A DNA stretch of 32,000 nt from an uncultured Erysipelotrichaceae bacterium (GCA_964457525.1 CAYWGS010000001.1:18411-50410), one strand, 5' to 3'; counted from the first letter of the stretch, positions 8,421 through 17,039 are shown. Numbers and translations are program-made. Notes: a model not told the origin generated them from the sequence alone.

Positions 8421-8432
8421 GAATGGAGAACT

Positions 8433-9353
8433 ATGACACTCAGTATTGAACAATTTAGATATGCGACTTACTTTGCGCCTAGAGGTAAAGTACGTATGCA
8501 AAACTTGGGAAACCAAGTCAGTCAAAAGTATTTACTACCGAATGACCGAATCATTGGGATTATTGGTGATGCAGGAAGTGGAAAATCACTCTTTATAAAA
8601 GGGATGTTTCCGGGTTTAGAACTCACAAACGATGATGATGGAATCAATGTAAGACCTTCACCCCTCATGCGTGATTATGCTCAACTCAATTATCGTGCTC
8701 ACACCTATCATATTGATGCTCGATTTGAAGCCGCATTTACCCAAATGTTTGAGCTTGTGGATGCGGTCAATCAAGCAGTACAAAATAAGAAACGTGTGGT
8801 AATTGAGCATTTTGATGAGATATATCCTTATCTCAATATGAATGCCGATTTACTAATTGGAATTGGTGAAGAAGTCATTGTATCTCGACCGAATTTATTT
8901 GGACCAATCCCAGAAGATATAAAGATCACAGTCTATAAATCCATTCATTATCGCAGAATGGCACATAGTGCAGAAGACTTACTCGTTCATGTTCTTCAAG
9001 AGGACTACAATATTACCTGTGATGGACATGGAGATGTTAAACATGGCTTTATCTTATCGTTTAATAAGAAACCTAAAGCATCCATCTCTGTTTTAGAAAA
9101 GAAAGTAAAGTTGTTAATAAAGGATGATTTAACCATTAGTTATCATGACTCTACTCATATCAAGATTGGGGATAAGATTGATCAGTATTGTACAGGACCA
9201 CGAACACACGTGAATCATACTGGTCAAATTAAGAACTTTAGATTATTGAAAGATTATATTTATGACCCACAAAAGAAGACCTATGAGTTGGTTGGAATTG
9301 TGAGTGATGAAACCATCGAAGATATTCATAAATTGAATCATTTTGCGGACTAA
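8433..9353 (+). CDS. Uncharacterised P-loop protein; first gene of the glutamate mutase operon
   Basis: 306 aa from the ATG at 8433 (RBS GGAGAA). The track's TTG at 8415 lies inside the hairpin. Walker A is GDAGSGKS (8565-8588), followed by ...[11 protein letters not shown], which is reminiscent of HPr-kinase/RapZ-type P-loops. A possible Walker B is [10 protein letters not shown] do not recognise the C-terminal 150 aa. Confidence 0.6.
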   Translation: MTLSIEQFRYATYFAPRGKVRMQNLGNQVSQKYLLPNDRIIGIIGDAGSGKSLFIKGMFPGLELTNDDDGINVRPSPLMRDYAQLNYRAHTYHIDARFEAAFTQMFELVDAVNQAVQNKKRVVIEHFDEIYPYLNMNADLLIGIGEEVIVSRPNLFGPIPEDIKITVYKSIHYRRMAHSAEDLLVHVLQEDYNITCDGHGDVKHGFILSFNKKPKASISVLEKKVKLLIKDDLTISYHDSTHIKIGDKIDQYCTGPRTHVNHTGQIKNFRLLKDYIYDPQKKTYELVGIVSDETIEDIHKLNHFAD

Positions 9354-9361
9354 GGAGCACT

Positions 9362-9787
9362 ATGGAAAAGATCAATGTCGTAATTGGAGTGATTGGGGCA
9401 GATGTACATGCGGTAGGGAATCGTATTATTGATTATGCGTTTACCCAAGCAGGCTTTAATGTGATTAATCTTGGGGTCATGGTATCTCAGAAGGAATTTA
9501 TGGATGCGGCGATTGAAACCAACGCAAAGGCTATCATTGTATCCAGTTTATATGGCCATGGTGAATTGGATTGTCGCGGTATGGGGGATATGTTAAAAGA
9601 AGCTGGATTAGATAATGTATTACTTTATATCGGTGGAAATCTTGTGGTCGGTAAATCCGATTTCAATGAAGTAGAGAAACTCTTTAAATCGATGGGTTTT
9701 CATCGTGTCTATCCGCCTGGAGCAGATATCAATCAAGGCATTGAAGATCTTAAGCATGATTTAAATGAGAAGGGAATTTATGCCTAA
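9362..9787 (+). CDS. glmS: Glutamate mutase (methylaspartate mutase) sigma subunit, B12-binding
   Basis: 141 aa. The cobalamin base-off/His-on motif DxHxxG is present (DVHAVG, 9401-9418), and the protein shows close end-to-end resemblance to clostridial MutS/GlmS. The RBS AAGGAG overlaps the upstream stop. Confidence 0.93.
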   Translation: MEKINVVIGVIGADVHAVGNRIIDYAFTQAGFNVINLGVMVSQKEFMDAAIETNAKAIIVSSLYGHGELDCRGMGDMLKEAGLDNVLLYIGGNLVVGKSDFNEVEKLFKSMGFHRVYPPGADINQGIEDLKHDLNEKGIYA

Positions 9788-11135
9788 TTTTTATCTATTT
9801 GATGTGGGTTCAACCTACACAAAAGGATGTATCGTAGATACAGATTCAGAAGAGATACTTGCGCAAGCAAGTGATTTTACGACTTCAAGTACGGATATAT
9901 CCATTGGAATCGAAAAAGTTAAACATAAAATGATGCAAGGACTAGAATCTATTCATATCGATAAAACCTATGTCTGTAGTTCTGCTAAAGGTGGTCTCAA
10001 GATGATTGCGATTGGACTTGTACCAGACCTAACCCTTAAAGCGGCTCGATTGGCTTGTTATAGCGCAGGGGCAAAAGTCATACAATCCTATTCGTTTGAA
10101 TTAAACCAGAAAGAATTAGATGAAATTGAATCCTCACAATGCGACATATTACTCTTAAGTGGTGGTACAGATGGTGGAAATACAAGTTCTGTTCGTCATA
10201 ATGCGAATCAACTCATCAAACTAAGATCACGCTTTCCAATCATCTATGCTGGTAATAAATCGTGTCAGGATGAGATAAGAAACATCTTAGAATCCAATGG
10301 ATTTGAATGCATACTATGTTCAAATGTAATGCCAAGTTATGGAGTATTAGAAGTTGATGAATGTAAGGCAAAAATACGTGAGTTGTTTCTAAAATCTATC
10401 GTTAAGGCAAAAGGATTATCAAAGCTCAGTGCAGTCGTCGATGAGATTGTACTCCCGACTCCATCCAGTGTATTTGAAGCACTTAAACTACTTTCCAAAG
10501 GAACATACAATGAATCAGGTTTAGGAGATTTAATGGCCATCGATATTGGTGGTGCGACAACCGATGTTTATAGTATGAATGAGAAACTCGTGATTAACGA
10601 AGAATTTGGTTATAAAGGACTTCAAGAGCCCATTGAGAAAAGAAGTGTTGAAGGAGATTTAGGCTTACGCTTTAGTGCTTCACATGTCTATGAATTGAAG
10701 GAAGAGATACATAATCCGATCTTTGATCAATACATACAGGATATAAAACACAATCCACATCTAACGTCTAATCTGGATTTAGATACACAACTCGCAAGTG
10801 CTTGTGTTGAAATTGCGACAGAACGTCATGTGGGCCGACTTGAAACGAGTTATACTCCTATGGGGATTAACTATTATCAAACGGGTAAGGATTGTAGAGA
10901 AGTTAAACAGTGTATTGGGATTGGTGGACCGATTATCTATAATCCAAACGCAAAAAGGATTTTAGAGAATTGTTTAATGAAGAGTAATCATAAGGAAGTT
11001 TTATTGCCAATACAGTGTGAATATTATATCGATAAAGATTATTGTATCAGTTGTTTAGGACTATTGGCTAAACAGTATCCGGATGTTGTGTTACGAATCT
11101 TGAAAAAGAAATTGGAGAAAATAGATCATGTATAA
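9780..11135 (+). CDS. glmL: Glutamate mutase accessory protein GlmL/MutL
   Basis: Start [16 protein letters not shown] (ASKHA-type phosphate-1 motif) with a later DIGGATTDV. It occupies the canonical position between the S and E subunits. Its ATG overlaps the glmS stop by 8 nt. Confidence 0.85.
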   Translation: MPNFYLFDVGSTYTKGCIVDTDSEEILAQASDFTTSSTDISIGIEKVKHKMMQGLESIHIDKTYVCSSAKGGLKMIAIGLVPDLTLKAARLACYSAGAKVIQSYSFELNQKELDEIESSQCDILLLSGGTDGGNTSSVRHNANQLIKLRSRFPIIYAGNKSCQDEIRNILESNGFECILCSNVMPSYGVLEVDECKAKIRELFLKSIVKAKGLSKLSAVVDEIVLPTPSSVFEALKLLSKGTYNESGLGDLMAIDIGGATTDVYSMNEKLVINEEFGYKGLQEPIEKRSVEGDLGLRFSASHVYELKEEIHNPIFDQYIQDIKHNPHLTSNLDLDTQLASACVEIATERHVGRLETSYTPMGINYYQTGKDCREVKQCIGIGGPIIYNPNAKRILENCLMKSNHKEVLLPIQCEYYIDKDYCISCLGLLAKQYPDVVLRILKKKLEKIDHV

Positions 11136-12585
11136 TCGTAAAATCCCATTGGATGAATTTCTTAAACAACGTGAAGAAGTGCTTAAACAATGGAATACTG
11201 GAAAAGATGTGGATCTTGAAGAAGCAATTGAATACCAAAAATCATTAGATGAATCAAAGCGTTTCAGTAATAAACTAGCTCAAGCCATTGAGAATAAAGA
11301 AACATTGATTCAACCAAGAGCAGGGGTTGCGCTTCCTAATGAACACATCAAACTTCTAAAAACACTACAGGATGAAGGGGGAGCTGATTTACTCCCAACA
11401 ACCATTGATAGTTATACGCGTCACAATCGATATGTGGAAGCACAAACAGGGATTGATGAAAGTATTCGTACCGGGAAATCTCTACTCAATGGCTTTCCAG
11501 CTGTAAATCATGGGGTACAAGTTTGTCGCTCCATCATCTCTTCACTGAATGTGCCCGTTCAAGTACGTCACGGAACACCGGATGCTCGACTCCTTGCGGA
11601 GATTACCTGTGCTGGTGGATTTACCTCTTTTGAAGGAGGCGGTATTTCATACAATATTCCTTATGGAAAAAACTACTCCTTAGAAAAAACCATTACAGAT
11701 TGGCAATATGTGGATCGTTTAATTGGTTACTATGAAGAAATGGGTGTAACGATTAATCGTGAACCATTTGGTCCATTAACAGGAACACTTGTTCCAGCGT
11801 GTATTTCACACAGTGTAGCGATCCTCGAAAGCTTACTTGCGGCTGAACAAGGGTGTAAGTGCATTACGGTAGGTTATGGACAATGTGGAAATCAGAACCA
11901 AGATATCGCCGCAATTCGTACGTTGGATAAATTAACCAAAGAATATTTAGCACGATTTGGCTTTTATGATGTAAGCGTATCAACTGTATTCCATCAATGG
12001 ATGGGAGGCTTTCCACAAGATGAAGCGAAAGCTTATGCAGTTATCAGTTGGGGTGCGAGTACAGCAGTATTATCCGGTGCCACAAAGGTAATTGTTAAAT
12101 CACCACACGAAGCCTTTGGAGTCCCAACCGCAGAAGCGAATGCGAATGGATTAAAAACGACTAAACAATTAACGTCCATGTTAAAGGATCAAGTCTTTAC
12201 AGAGACAAATGAAATTAAAGCAGAAATGGATATCATCGAGAAAGAAACACGCAGTATCATGGAAGCGGTGTTGAAACTCGGTGAGAATAACTTTGGACTC
12301 TGTGCAGTACGTGCATTTGAAGCTGGATTGATTGATGTTCCTTTTGCCCCAGCAACCTGCAATGCGGGAAAGATGTTGCCGGCGAGAGATAATAATGGCG
12401 CGATTCGTATCTATGAATTCGGGAATCTTCCATTCGATGAATCACTTAAAGAGTTCCATCGTCAGAAACTCCAAGAAAGAGCGGATGTGGAACGTAGACA
12501 AGTGAGCTTCCAAATGGTAATTGATGATATATATGCCGTTAGTAAAGGTCGTCTTGTAGGACGTCCAAGTAAGGGGAATGTATGA
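11128..12585 (+). CDS. glmE: Glutamate mutase epsilon (catalytic) subunit
   Basis: 485 aa. Long blocks match clostridial MutE/Glm[85 protein letters not shown]. It overlaps glmL by 8 nt. Confidence 0.95.
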   Translation: MYNRKIPLDEFLKQREEVLKQWNTGKDVDLEEAIEYQKSLDESKRFSNKLAQAIENKETLIQPRAGVALPNEHIKLLKTLQDEGGADLLPTTIDSYTRHNRYVEAQTGIDESIRTGKSLLNGFPAVNHGVQVCRSIISSLNVPVQVRHGTPDARLLAEITCAGGFTSFEGGGISYNIPYGKNYSLEKTITDWQYVDRLIGYYEEMGVTINREPFGPLTGTLVPACISHSVAILESLLAAEQGCKCITVGYGQCGNQNQDIAAIRTLDKLTKEYLARFGFYDVSVSTVFHQWMGGFPQDEAKAYAVISWGASTAVLSGATKVIVKSPHEAFGVPTAEANANGLKTTKQLTSMLKDQVFTETNEIKAEMDIIEKETRSIMEAVLKLGENNFGLCAVRAFEAGLIDVPFAPATCNAGKMLPARDNNGAIRIYEFGNLPFDESLKEFHRQKLQERADVERRQVSFQMVIDDIYAVSKGRLVGRPSKGNV

Positions 12586-13841
12586 AAATAATTGATGTTA
12601 TTAGTAGTTGTGGTAGAACGGGGTTTTTCTTTGATGATCAAAAAGCGATCAAAAAAGGGGCACAATCCGATGGGAACTTCTACTTGGGTAATCCTGTCAC
12701 AGAAGGCTTTACGCGAGTTAGACAAGCGGGAGAATCACTTACGATTATGCTTGTATTAGAAGATGGACAGGTCGCATTTGGGGATTGTTGCGCTGTGCAA
12801 TACAGTGGATGTGGTGGTCGTGATCCACTCTTCATCGCCTCAGATTTTCAAAAGATTGTACAAGATAGAATACGACCATTATTACTCAATCGTGAATTGA
12901 CTTCGTTTAAAGAACTTGCCTATGAATTTGACCATCTAGAACTTGATGGCAAACGAATCCATACCGCATTACGCTATGGCATTACTCAAGCACTCTTAGA
13001 TGCGGTCGCTAAATCCCAACATACTCAAATGGCTAATATTATTGCGAATGAATATCATACCAATGTTAGTGAACAACTTATCCCAATCTTTAGTCAAAGT
13101 GGGGATAATCGCTATGATAATGTGGATAAGATGATTCTTAAAGAAAGTGCTGTTCTTCCACATGGATTAATTAATCATGTTGAAACAAAGTTAGGTTATC
13201 AAGGTGAGAAATTACTTGAGTATGTTAAGTGGTTAAGAAAACGAATTGATGATTATCGTAATCATGAGGATTACAAACCGGTATTACACATCGATGTCTA
13301 TGGAACATTAGGCATTATATTTAAAGAAGATTATGATGCGATGGTGGATTATCTTAAAACATTAAGAGAAGCAAGTGGCCCCTATCATTTACGCATCGAA
13401 GGTCCAGTCGATTTTGATGATCGTGAAAAAACCATGATGGGTCTACAAATCATTACACGTATGTTAGATGAGCGTGGAATTGAATGTGAGATTGTCGCAG
13501 ATGAATGGTGTAATACCCTCGAAGATATTAAAGAATTTGCGGATAAAAAAGCAGGTCATATGGTTCAAATCAAAACACCTGATTTAGGTGGTATACAAAA
13601 TATTGTGGAAGCTGTGTTGTATTGTAAGGAAAAAGGAATTGGGGCCTATCAAGGTGGTACATGCAATGAAACTGATATCAGTGCTAAGGCATGTGTTCAT
13701 TGTGCTATGGCTACTCAACCTGTACAAATTCTCGCAAAACCGGGTATGGGTGTTGATGAAGGATACATGCTTGTTTATAACGAAATGAAACGTATTATCG
13801 CTCTTGAAACGATACGAAAGGAGCGTCATGAAAAGTATTAA
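12582..13841 (+). CDS. mal: 3-methylaspartate ammonia-lyase (methylaspartase)
   Basis: 419 aa. MKIIDV...[17 protein letters not shown]...[15 protein letters not shown]...[28 protein letters not shown] closely parallels C. tetanomorphum methylaspartase, an enolase-superfamily enzyme. An ATGA overlap joins it to glmE. Confidence 0.95.
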   Translation: MKIIDVISSCGRTGFFFDDQKAIKKGAQSDGNFYLGNPVTEGFTRVRQAGESLTIMLVLEDGQVAFGDCCAVQYSGCGGRDPLFIASDFQKIVQDRIRPLLLNRELTSFKELAYEFDHLELDGKRIHTALRYGITQALLDAVAKSQHTQMANIIANEYHTNVSEQLIPIFSQSGDNRYDNVDKMILKESAVLPHGLINHVETKLGYQGEKLLEYVKWLRKRIDDYRNHEDYKPVLHIDVYGTLGIIFKEDYDAMVDYLKTLREASGPYHLRIEGPVDFDDREKTMMGLQIITRMLDERGIECEIVADEWCNTLEDIKEFADKKAGHMVQIKTPDLGGIQNIVEAVLYCKEKGIGAYQGGTCNETDISAKACVHCAMATQPVQILAKPGMGVDEGYMLVYNEMKRIIALETIRKERHEKY

Positions 13842-15180
13842 AATATTATCCACAACCGCTATTCTAGGGTATGGATTTCCAATGGCCAGTTTCGAAGCTG
13901 GGATGAAGAAGAATCCAGATTGTATTGCGGTTGATGCAGGATCAACCGATCCTGGTCCATATTATTTAGGTGCTGGGGTTTCCTTTACCGACTATTACGC
14001 AGTTAAACGTGACTTAGGCATCATGATTCAAGCAGGGATTGAACATCATGTGCCTGTGCTTGTAGGAACTGCAGGTGGTAGTGGTGCGAAACCACATTTA
14101 GATTGGACAATTAAGATTGTAAAAGAGATTGCGGAAGAAAATAATCTACATTTTAAGATGGCGATTATTGAAGCAGATATAGATAAGGAAATCTTATATA
14201 AAGCATTTGATGAAGGTAAGATTAAACCTCTACATCCAGCACCTGAATGTACAAAAGATGACATAAAAGATTCAACCTATATCGTCGGTCAAATGGGTGT
14301 AGAGCCTTTTATCGAAGCGCTCAAACAAGATGTGGATGTGATTATTGCAGGAAGAGCATATGATCCAACGGTGTTTGCGGCTTTACCTATTCTTCGTGGA
14401 TTTGATCCTGGTTTAGCCTTGCATTGTGGAAAGATTCTAGAATGTGCAGCGATTGCCTCAACTCCAGGTAGTGGTAGTGATTGTATGTTTGGAACAATCT
14501 ATGAAGATTCATTTGTGTTAGAGACCCTTAATCCAGCGCGTAAGTGTACAACACTCAGTGTTAGTGCACATACACTCTATGAAAAAACCAATCCATATAT
14601 CTTACCAGGACCGGGAGGAACCATTGATTTGCATAACACAACCTTTACTCAACTCAATGAAAACCAAGTTGAAGTTAAAGGAAGTGTTTATATTCCATCC
14701 AATCCATATACCATTAAACTCGAAGCAGCGAAGTGTGTAGGCTATCGCACCGTAAGTATAGCTGGAGTACGAGATTCCATCTTTATTCGTGAGATTGATT
14801 CTATAATTACTGGAGTTGAACAACGTGTTAAAGATAACTTCAAAGACTTAAAAGATTATCATCTAAACTTCAAAGTCTATGGTAAGAATGGAGTGATGGG
14901 TGATCTTGAACCCATCAAAGAAATTCATTCCCATGAATTATGTATCGTAATTGATGCGGTAGCTCAAAGCCAAGAAGTAGCGAATACCATTTGTAGTTTT
15001 GCGAGAAGTACGATGCTACATTATGGTTATGAAGGAAGAATCGCAACAGCAGGTAATCTTGCATTCCCATATTCACCTTCTGATTTTAAAGTAGGTGCTG
15101 TGTATAATTTTAGTTTGTATCATTTAATTGAAGTAAGCGATCCCGTTAATCTATTCAAACAAACGATCGTAGAATTGTGA
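13828..15180 (+). CDS. Uncharacterised protein, tentatively AtuA/DUF1446-like
   Basis: 450 aa from the ATG at 13828, after AAGGAG at 13818-13823. It overlaps the mal stop by 14 nt. The size and its pairing with a roughly 100-aa DUF4387-like partner suggest the AtuA-type family. The assignment is from memory, not from a search. Confidence 0.5.
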   Translation: MKSIKILSTTAILGYGFPMASFEAGMKKNPDCIAVDAGSTDPGPYYLGAGVSFTDYYAVKRDLGIMIQAGIEHHVPVLVGTAGGSGAKPHLDWTIKIVKEIAEENNLHFKMAIIEADIDKEILYKAFDEGKIKPLHPAPECTKDDIKDSTYIVGQMGVEPFIEALKQDVDVIIAGRAYDPTVFAALPILRGFDPGLALHCGKILECAAIASTPGSGSDCMFGTIYEDSFVLETLNPARKCTTLSVSAHTLYEKTNPYILPGPGGTIDLHNTTFTQLNENQVEVKGSVYIPSNPYTIKLEAAKCVGYRTVSIAGVRDSIFIREIDSIITGVEQRVKDNFKDLKDYHLNFKVYGKNGVMGDLEPIKEIHSHELCIVIDAVAQSQEVANTICSFARSTMLHYGYEGRIATAGNLAFPYSPSDFKVGAVYNFSLYHLIEVSDPVNLFKQTIVEL

Positions 15181-15187
15181 GGAACGT

Positions 15188-15505
15188 ATGAAACATAAAC
15201 TCATAGATTTAGCGAAAGTGATTCGTTCTAAGAATTCAGGTCCTTATGAAATTACCTTTGATATCATCTTCAAAGACCGTGAAACCTTTGAAATCATGTG
15301 TCAACACAAGTTTATTAACGAAAAGTTGATTTCAGAACTTTACCATATTCCTGAATCCGATGTGATTAATATTATTGAATTTGTCCCTGCACAAGCGATT
15401 AAGGCAACCATTGTTCGTCCAATGTGTAGCGGTGATATTCGTGAAACAGATGTTTATGGTGCTCAACAACATGCGCCACTTCTTGATTTAGAATTTGATT
15501 ACTAA
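15188..15505 (+). CDS. Uncharacterised small protein, tentatively DUF4387-like (partner or C-terminal module of AtuA-type proteins)
   Basis: 105 aa. VIRSKNSGPYEITFDIIFKDRETFE matches my recollection of the DUF4387 signature. It starts 7 nt after the upstream stop, with the RBS GAGGAA overlapping that stop. Confidence 0.5.
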   Translation: MKHKLIDLAKVIRSKNSGPYEITFDIIFKDRETFEIMCQHKFINEKLISELYHIPESDVINIIEFVPAQAIKATIVRPMCSGDIRETDVYGAQQHAPLLDLEFDY

Positions 15506-15529
15506 CCATCCTTAGGATGGTTTTTGTTT
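15504..15529 (+). terminator. Rho-independent terminator ending the glutamate mutase operon
   Basis: AACCATCC (15504-15511) pairs with GGATGGTT (15515-15522), followed by TTTTGTTT. It begins within the stop codon of the last gene. Confidence 0.75.
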
Positions 15530-15614
15530 ACAATTATGTTTACATTGAGATGAAATATTATTTACAAAAGTGTTTACAATATTTCTTTACTTTGTTTACA
15601 AAAGTGTTTACAAT
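15525..15614 (+). repeat. Array of TGTTTACA boxes, including a 20-bp perfect direct repeat, upstream of the Fic gene
   Basis: TGTTTACA occurs at 15525, 15537, 15571, 15593 and 15605, with the variant TATTTACA at 15559. TTTACAAAAGTGTTTACAAT occurs identically at 15561-15580 and 15595-15614, a 34-bp period. Confidence 0.8.
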
Positions 15615-15638
15615 GAAGGTAAATAGTGAGGTTATAAC

Positions 15639-16820
15639 ATGATTGATGAGTACCTTGATTTAACGAGTAAGAGAATATATCCTTCGAAAAAAGAATGGTT
15701 TTTTAAATATGGTAAACATGGAAATGAATATCAGAAATTATTAGAGTATAAGAAAACAAATCTAACTCAAATAGATTTATATACAACAGAGGGAAGTATT
15801 TATTTTAACCGTGATTATATTCAGTCGTTTGTAAAGGAGTATTATCAGACTCAAGATTTAGGGATAGACTCTCTTATCCATTTTTCAGAAACATTTGAAG
15901 ATATGTTAATTTTTAGTGAAGTTGAAGGAACACTTGAGATTGAAGGGATAAAAACATCAAAAAAGAAAATTGAAGATGTCCTTTCAAAGGATACGTATGA
16001 TTCAAATGAGCAAATAATTGTAAATATGAAGAATGGGATCGATTTCATTTTTGAGAATGAAATAACAGAGAAGAATATATATGAACTTTATAAAATATTA
16101 TCTTTTAACAGTCTAAAAGAAGATGAAATAATACAGGATGGTTACTATCGTAATTCAGGTGTAGATATAATTGGGAAATATGGTGAGATCAGTGATTCTG
16201 GGGTAGATGCTAAGAACTTAGAAAAGTGGATGAAACGCTTTGTAGACTTTATTCAAGAGTCTATGTCAGAGTTAAATAGTTTAACGTATATCATGCCGCA
16301 CATCATACATTATTATGTTATTTACTTACATCCGTATTACGATTTTAATGGAAGAATGGCTCGAATGATTGCTTATTGGTATATCGTAAAATGCCATCAC
16401 ATTAAAGATAAGATGCCAGTTTATAGCGAGGCTATTAATTATAATTCTCAGACAAAAGCATTGTATTATAAAGCCATCGAAAACGCGCGTGAAGATGATA
16501 ATGATATAACCTTCTTTATTGAGATGATGTTTAAATTAGGGACTCGATTTATAGATGTCTATATCAAACTAGATAAGATTGAAATACGAAGTAGAAGAAA
16601 TAAAATGATACTAACTAAGAACGAAATAAGCCTATTAAAATCGATTCTTCTTCATGTTGGGACATCAGAATATTTCACATGGGAAGATGTTTATGCGTAT
16701 GATAAAGCACAATATACAAAACAGTACTATTTTAAGTTATTGAATTCGTTGAAAGATAAAAAAATCGTTGAAATAGATATAAAAAATAGAGTTTATTTCT
16801 ATAAACTAGTTGAAATTTGA
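15639..16820 (+). CDS. Fic/DOC-family protein with an N-terminal inhibitory-helix motif and a C-terminal wHTH-like tail
   Basis: 393 aa. The Fic core is HPYYDFNGRMAR (16329-16364), compared with the canonical HPFx(D/E)GNGRxxR. TLEIEG matches the (S/T)xxxE(G/N) auto-inhibition motif. The RBS is GTGAGG. The gene is visibly more AT-rich than its neighbours. Confidence 0.8.
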   Translation: MIDEYLDLTSKRIYPSKKEWFFKYGKHGNEYQKLLEYKKTNLTQIDLYTTEGSIYFNRDYIQSFVKEYYQTQDLGIDSLIHFSETFEDMLIFSEVEGTLEIEGIKTSKKKIEDVLSKDTYDSNEQIIVNMKNGIDFIFENEITEKNIYELYKILSFNSLKEDEIIQDGYYRNSGVDIIGKYGEISDSGVDAKNLEKWMKRFVDFIQESMSELNSLTYIMPHIIHYYVIYLHPYYDFNGRMARMIAYWYIVKCHHIKDKMPVYSEAINYNSQTKALYYKAIENAREDDNDITFFIEMMFKLGTRFIDVYIKLDKIEIRSRRNKMILTKNEISLLKSILLHVGTSEYFTWEDVYAYDKAQYTKQYYFKLLNSLKDKKIVEIDIKNRVYFYKLVEI

Positions 16821-16865
16821 AATGGATTTTCGCTTTTTTACGCCTAAAACCCATAATCCAAGGTT

Positions 16866-16903
16866 AAAATGAAAAAAATGTTCCAATTATACCTTGGAAC
16901 ATT
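16866..16903 (-). terminator. Rho-independent terminator on the minus strand, about 140 nt downstream of the RpiR stop
   Basis: AATGTTCCAA (16877-16886) pairs with TTGGAACATT (16894-16903), a perfect 10-bp stem with a 7-nt loop. On the minus strand it is followed by TTTTTCATTTT. Confidence 0.65.
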
Positions 16904-16937
16904 GAAACAATAAATCATAAATGAAATAATACGACTA

Positions 16938-17035
16938 TAGAACCCAAACACCCCTAAATGTGTGACCTTGCCAAATGGGTTCTATCATAACACATTGGTT
17001 TTTTGTTTCACTTGCCCAGTTGAACCCAATGTGTT
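16938..17035. other. Two long-loop inverted repeats in the RpiR 3' region (possible structured 3'UTR, sRNA or element remnant)
   Basis: TAGAACCCA (16938-16946) pairs with TGGGTTCTA (16976-16984). AACACATTGG (16989-16998) pairs with CCAATGTGTT (17026-17035). GAACCCAA occurs twice. Confidence 0.3.
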
Positions 17036-17039
17036 TTCT

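Noticed and set aside
8266-8432. Cobalamin riboswitch, or another known riboswitch or T-box, in the leader of the B12-dependent mutase operon
   Set aside because: No B12-box-like GCCACTG core or conserved GC-rich helices are present. The 167-nt region is AT-rich with only one convincing hairpin. It cannot be excluded without a covariance-model scan.
10337-14823. Several 60-90-aa ORFs from the track (10337-10540, 12257-12445, 12462-12725, 13584-13853, 13588-13788, 14046-14264, 14558-14740, 14602-14823)
   Set aside because: All are nested in, or antisense to, glmL, glmE, mal or the AtuA-like gene. None has an RBS or a recognisable motif. The coding assignments of the long genes are unambiguous.
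15525-15614. Possible CRISPR array, suggested by the repeated TGTTTACA-containing units
   Set aside because: The repeat units are only 8-20 bp. The spacings are irregular (12, 22, 12, 22 and 12 bp between box starts). There are no unique spacers of 25 bp or more and no cas genes. It is better explained as an operator or promoter array.
16869-16913. 14-codon ORF (MKKMFQLYLGTLKQ) overlapping the competing hairpins, considered as a possible leader peptide
   Set aside because: It has only a weak AAGG upstream and no downstream plus-strand gene to regulate. The hairpin it overlaps works as a terminator on the opposite strand.
15506-17039. Fic as the toxin of a two-gene toxin-antitoxin or defence module
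   Set aside because: No small partner ORF with an RBS is present on either side. The inhibitory (S/T)xxxE(G/N) motif lies within the Fic polypeptide itself (class II), so a separate antitoxin is not required.
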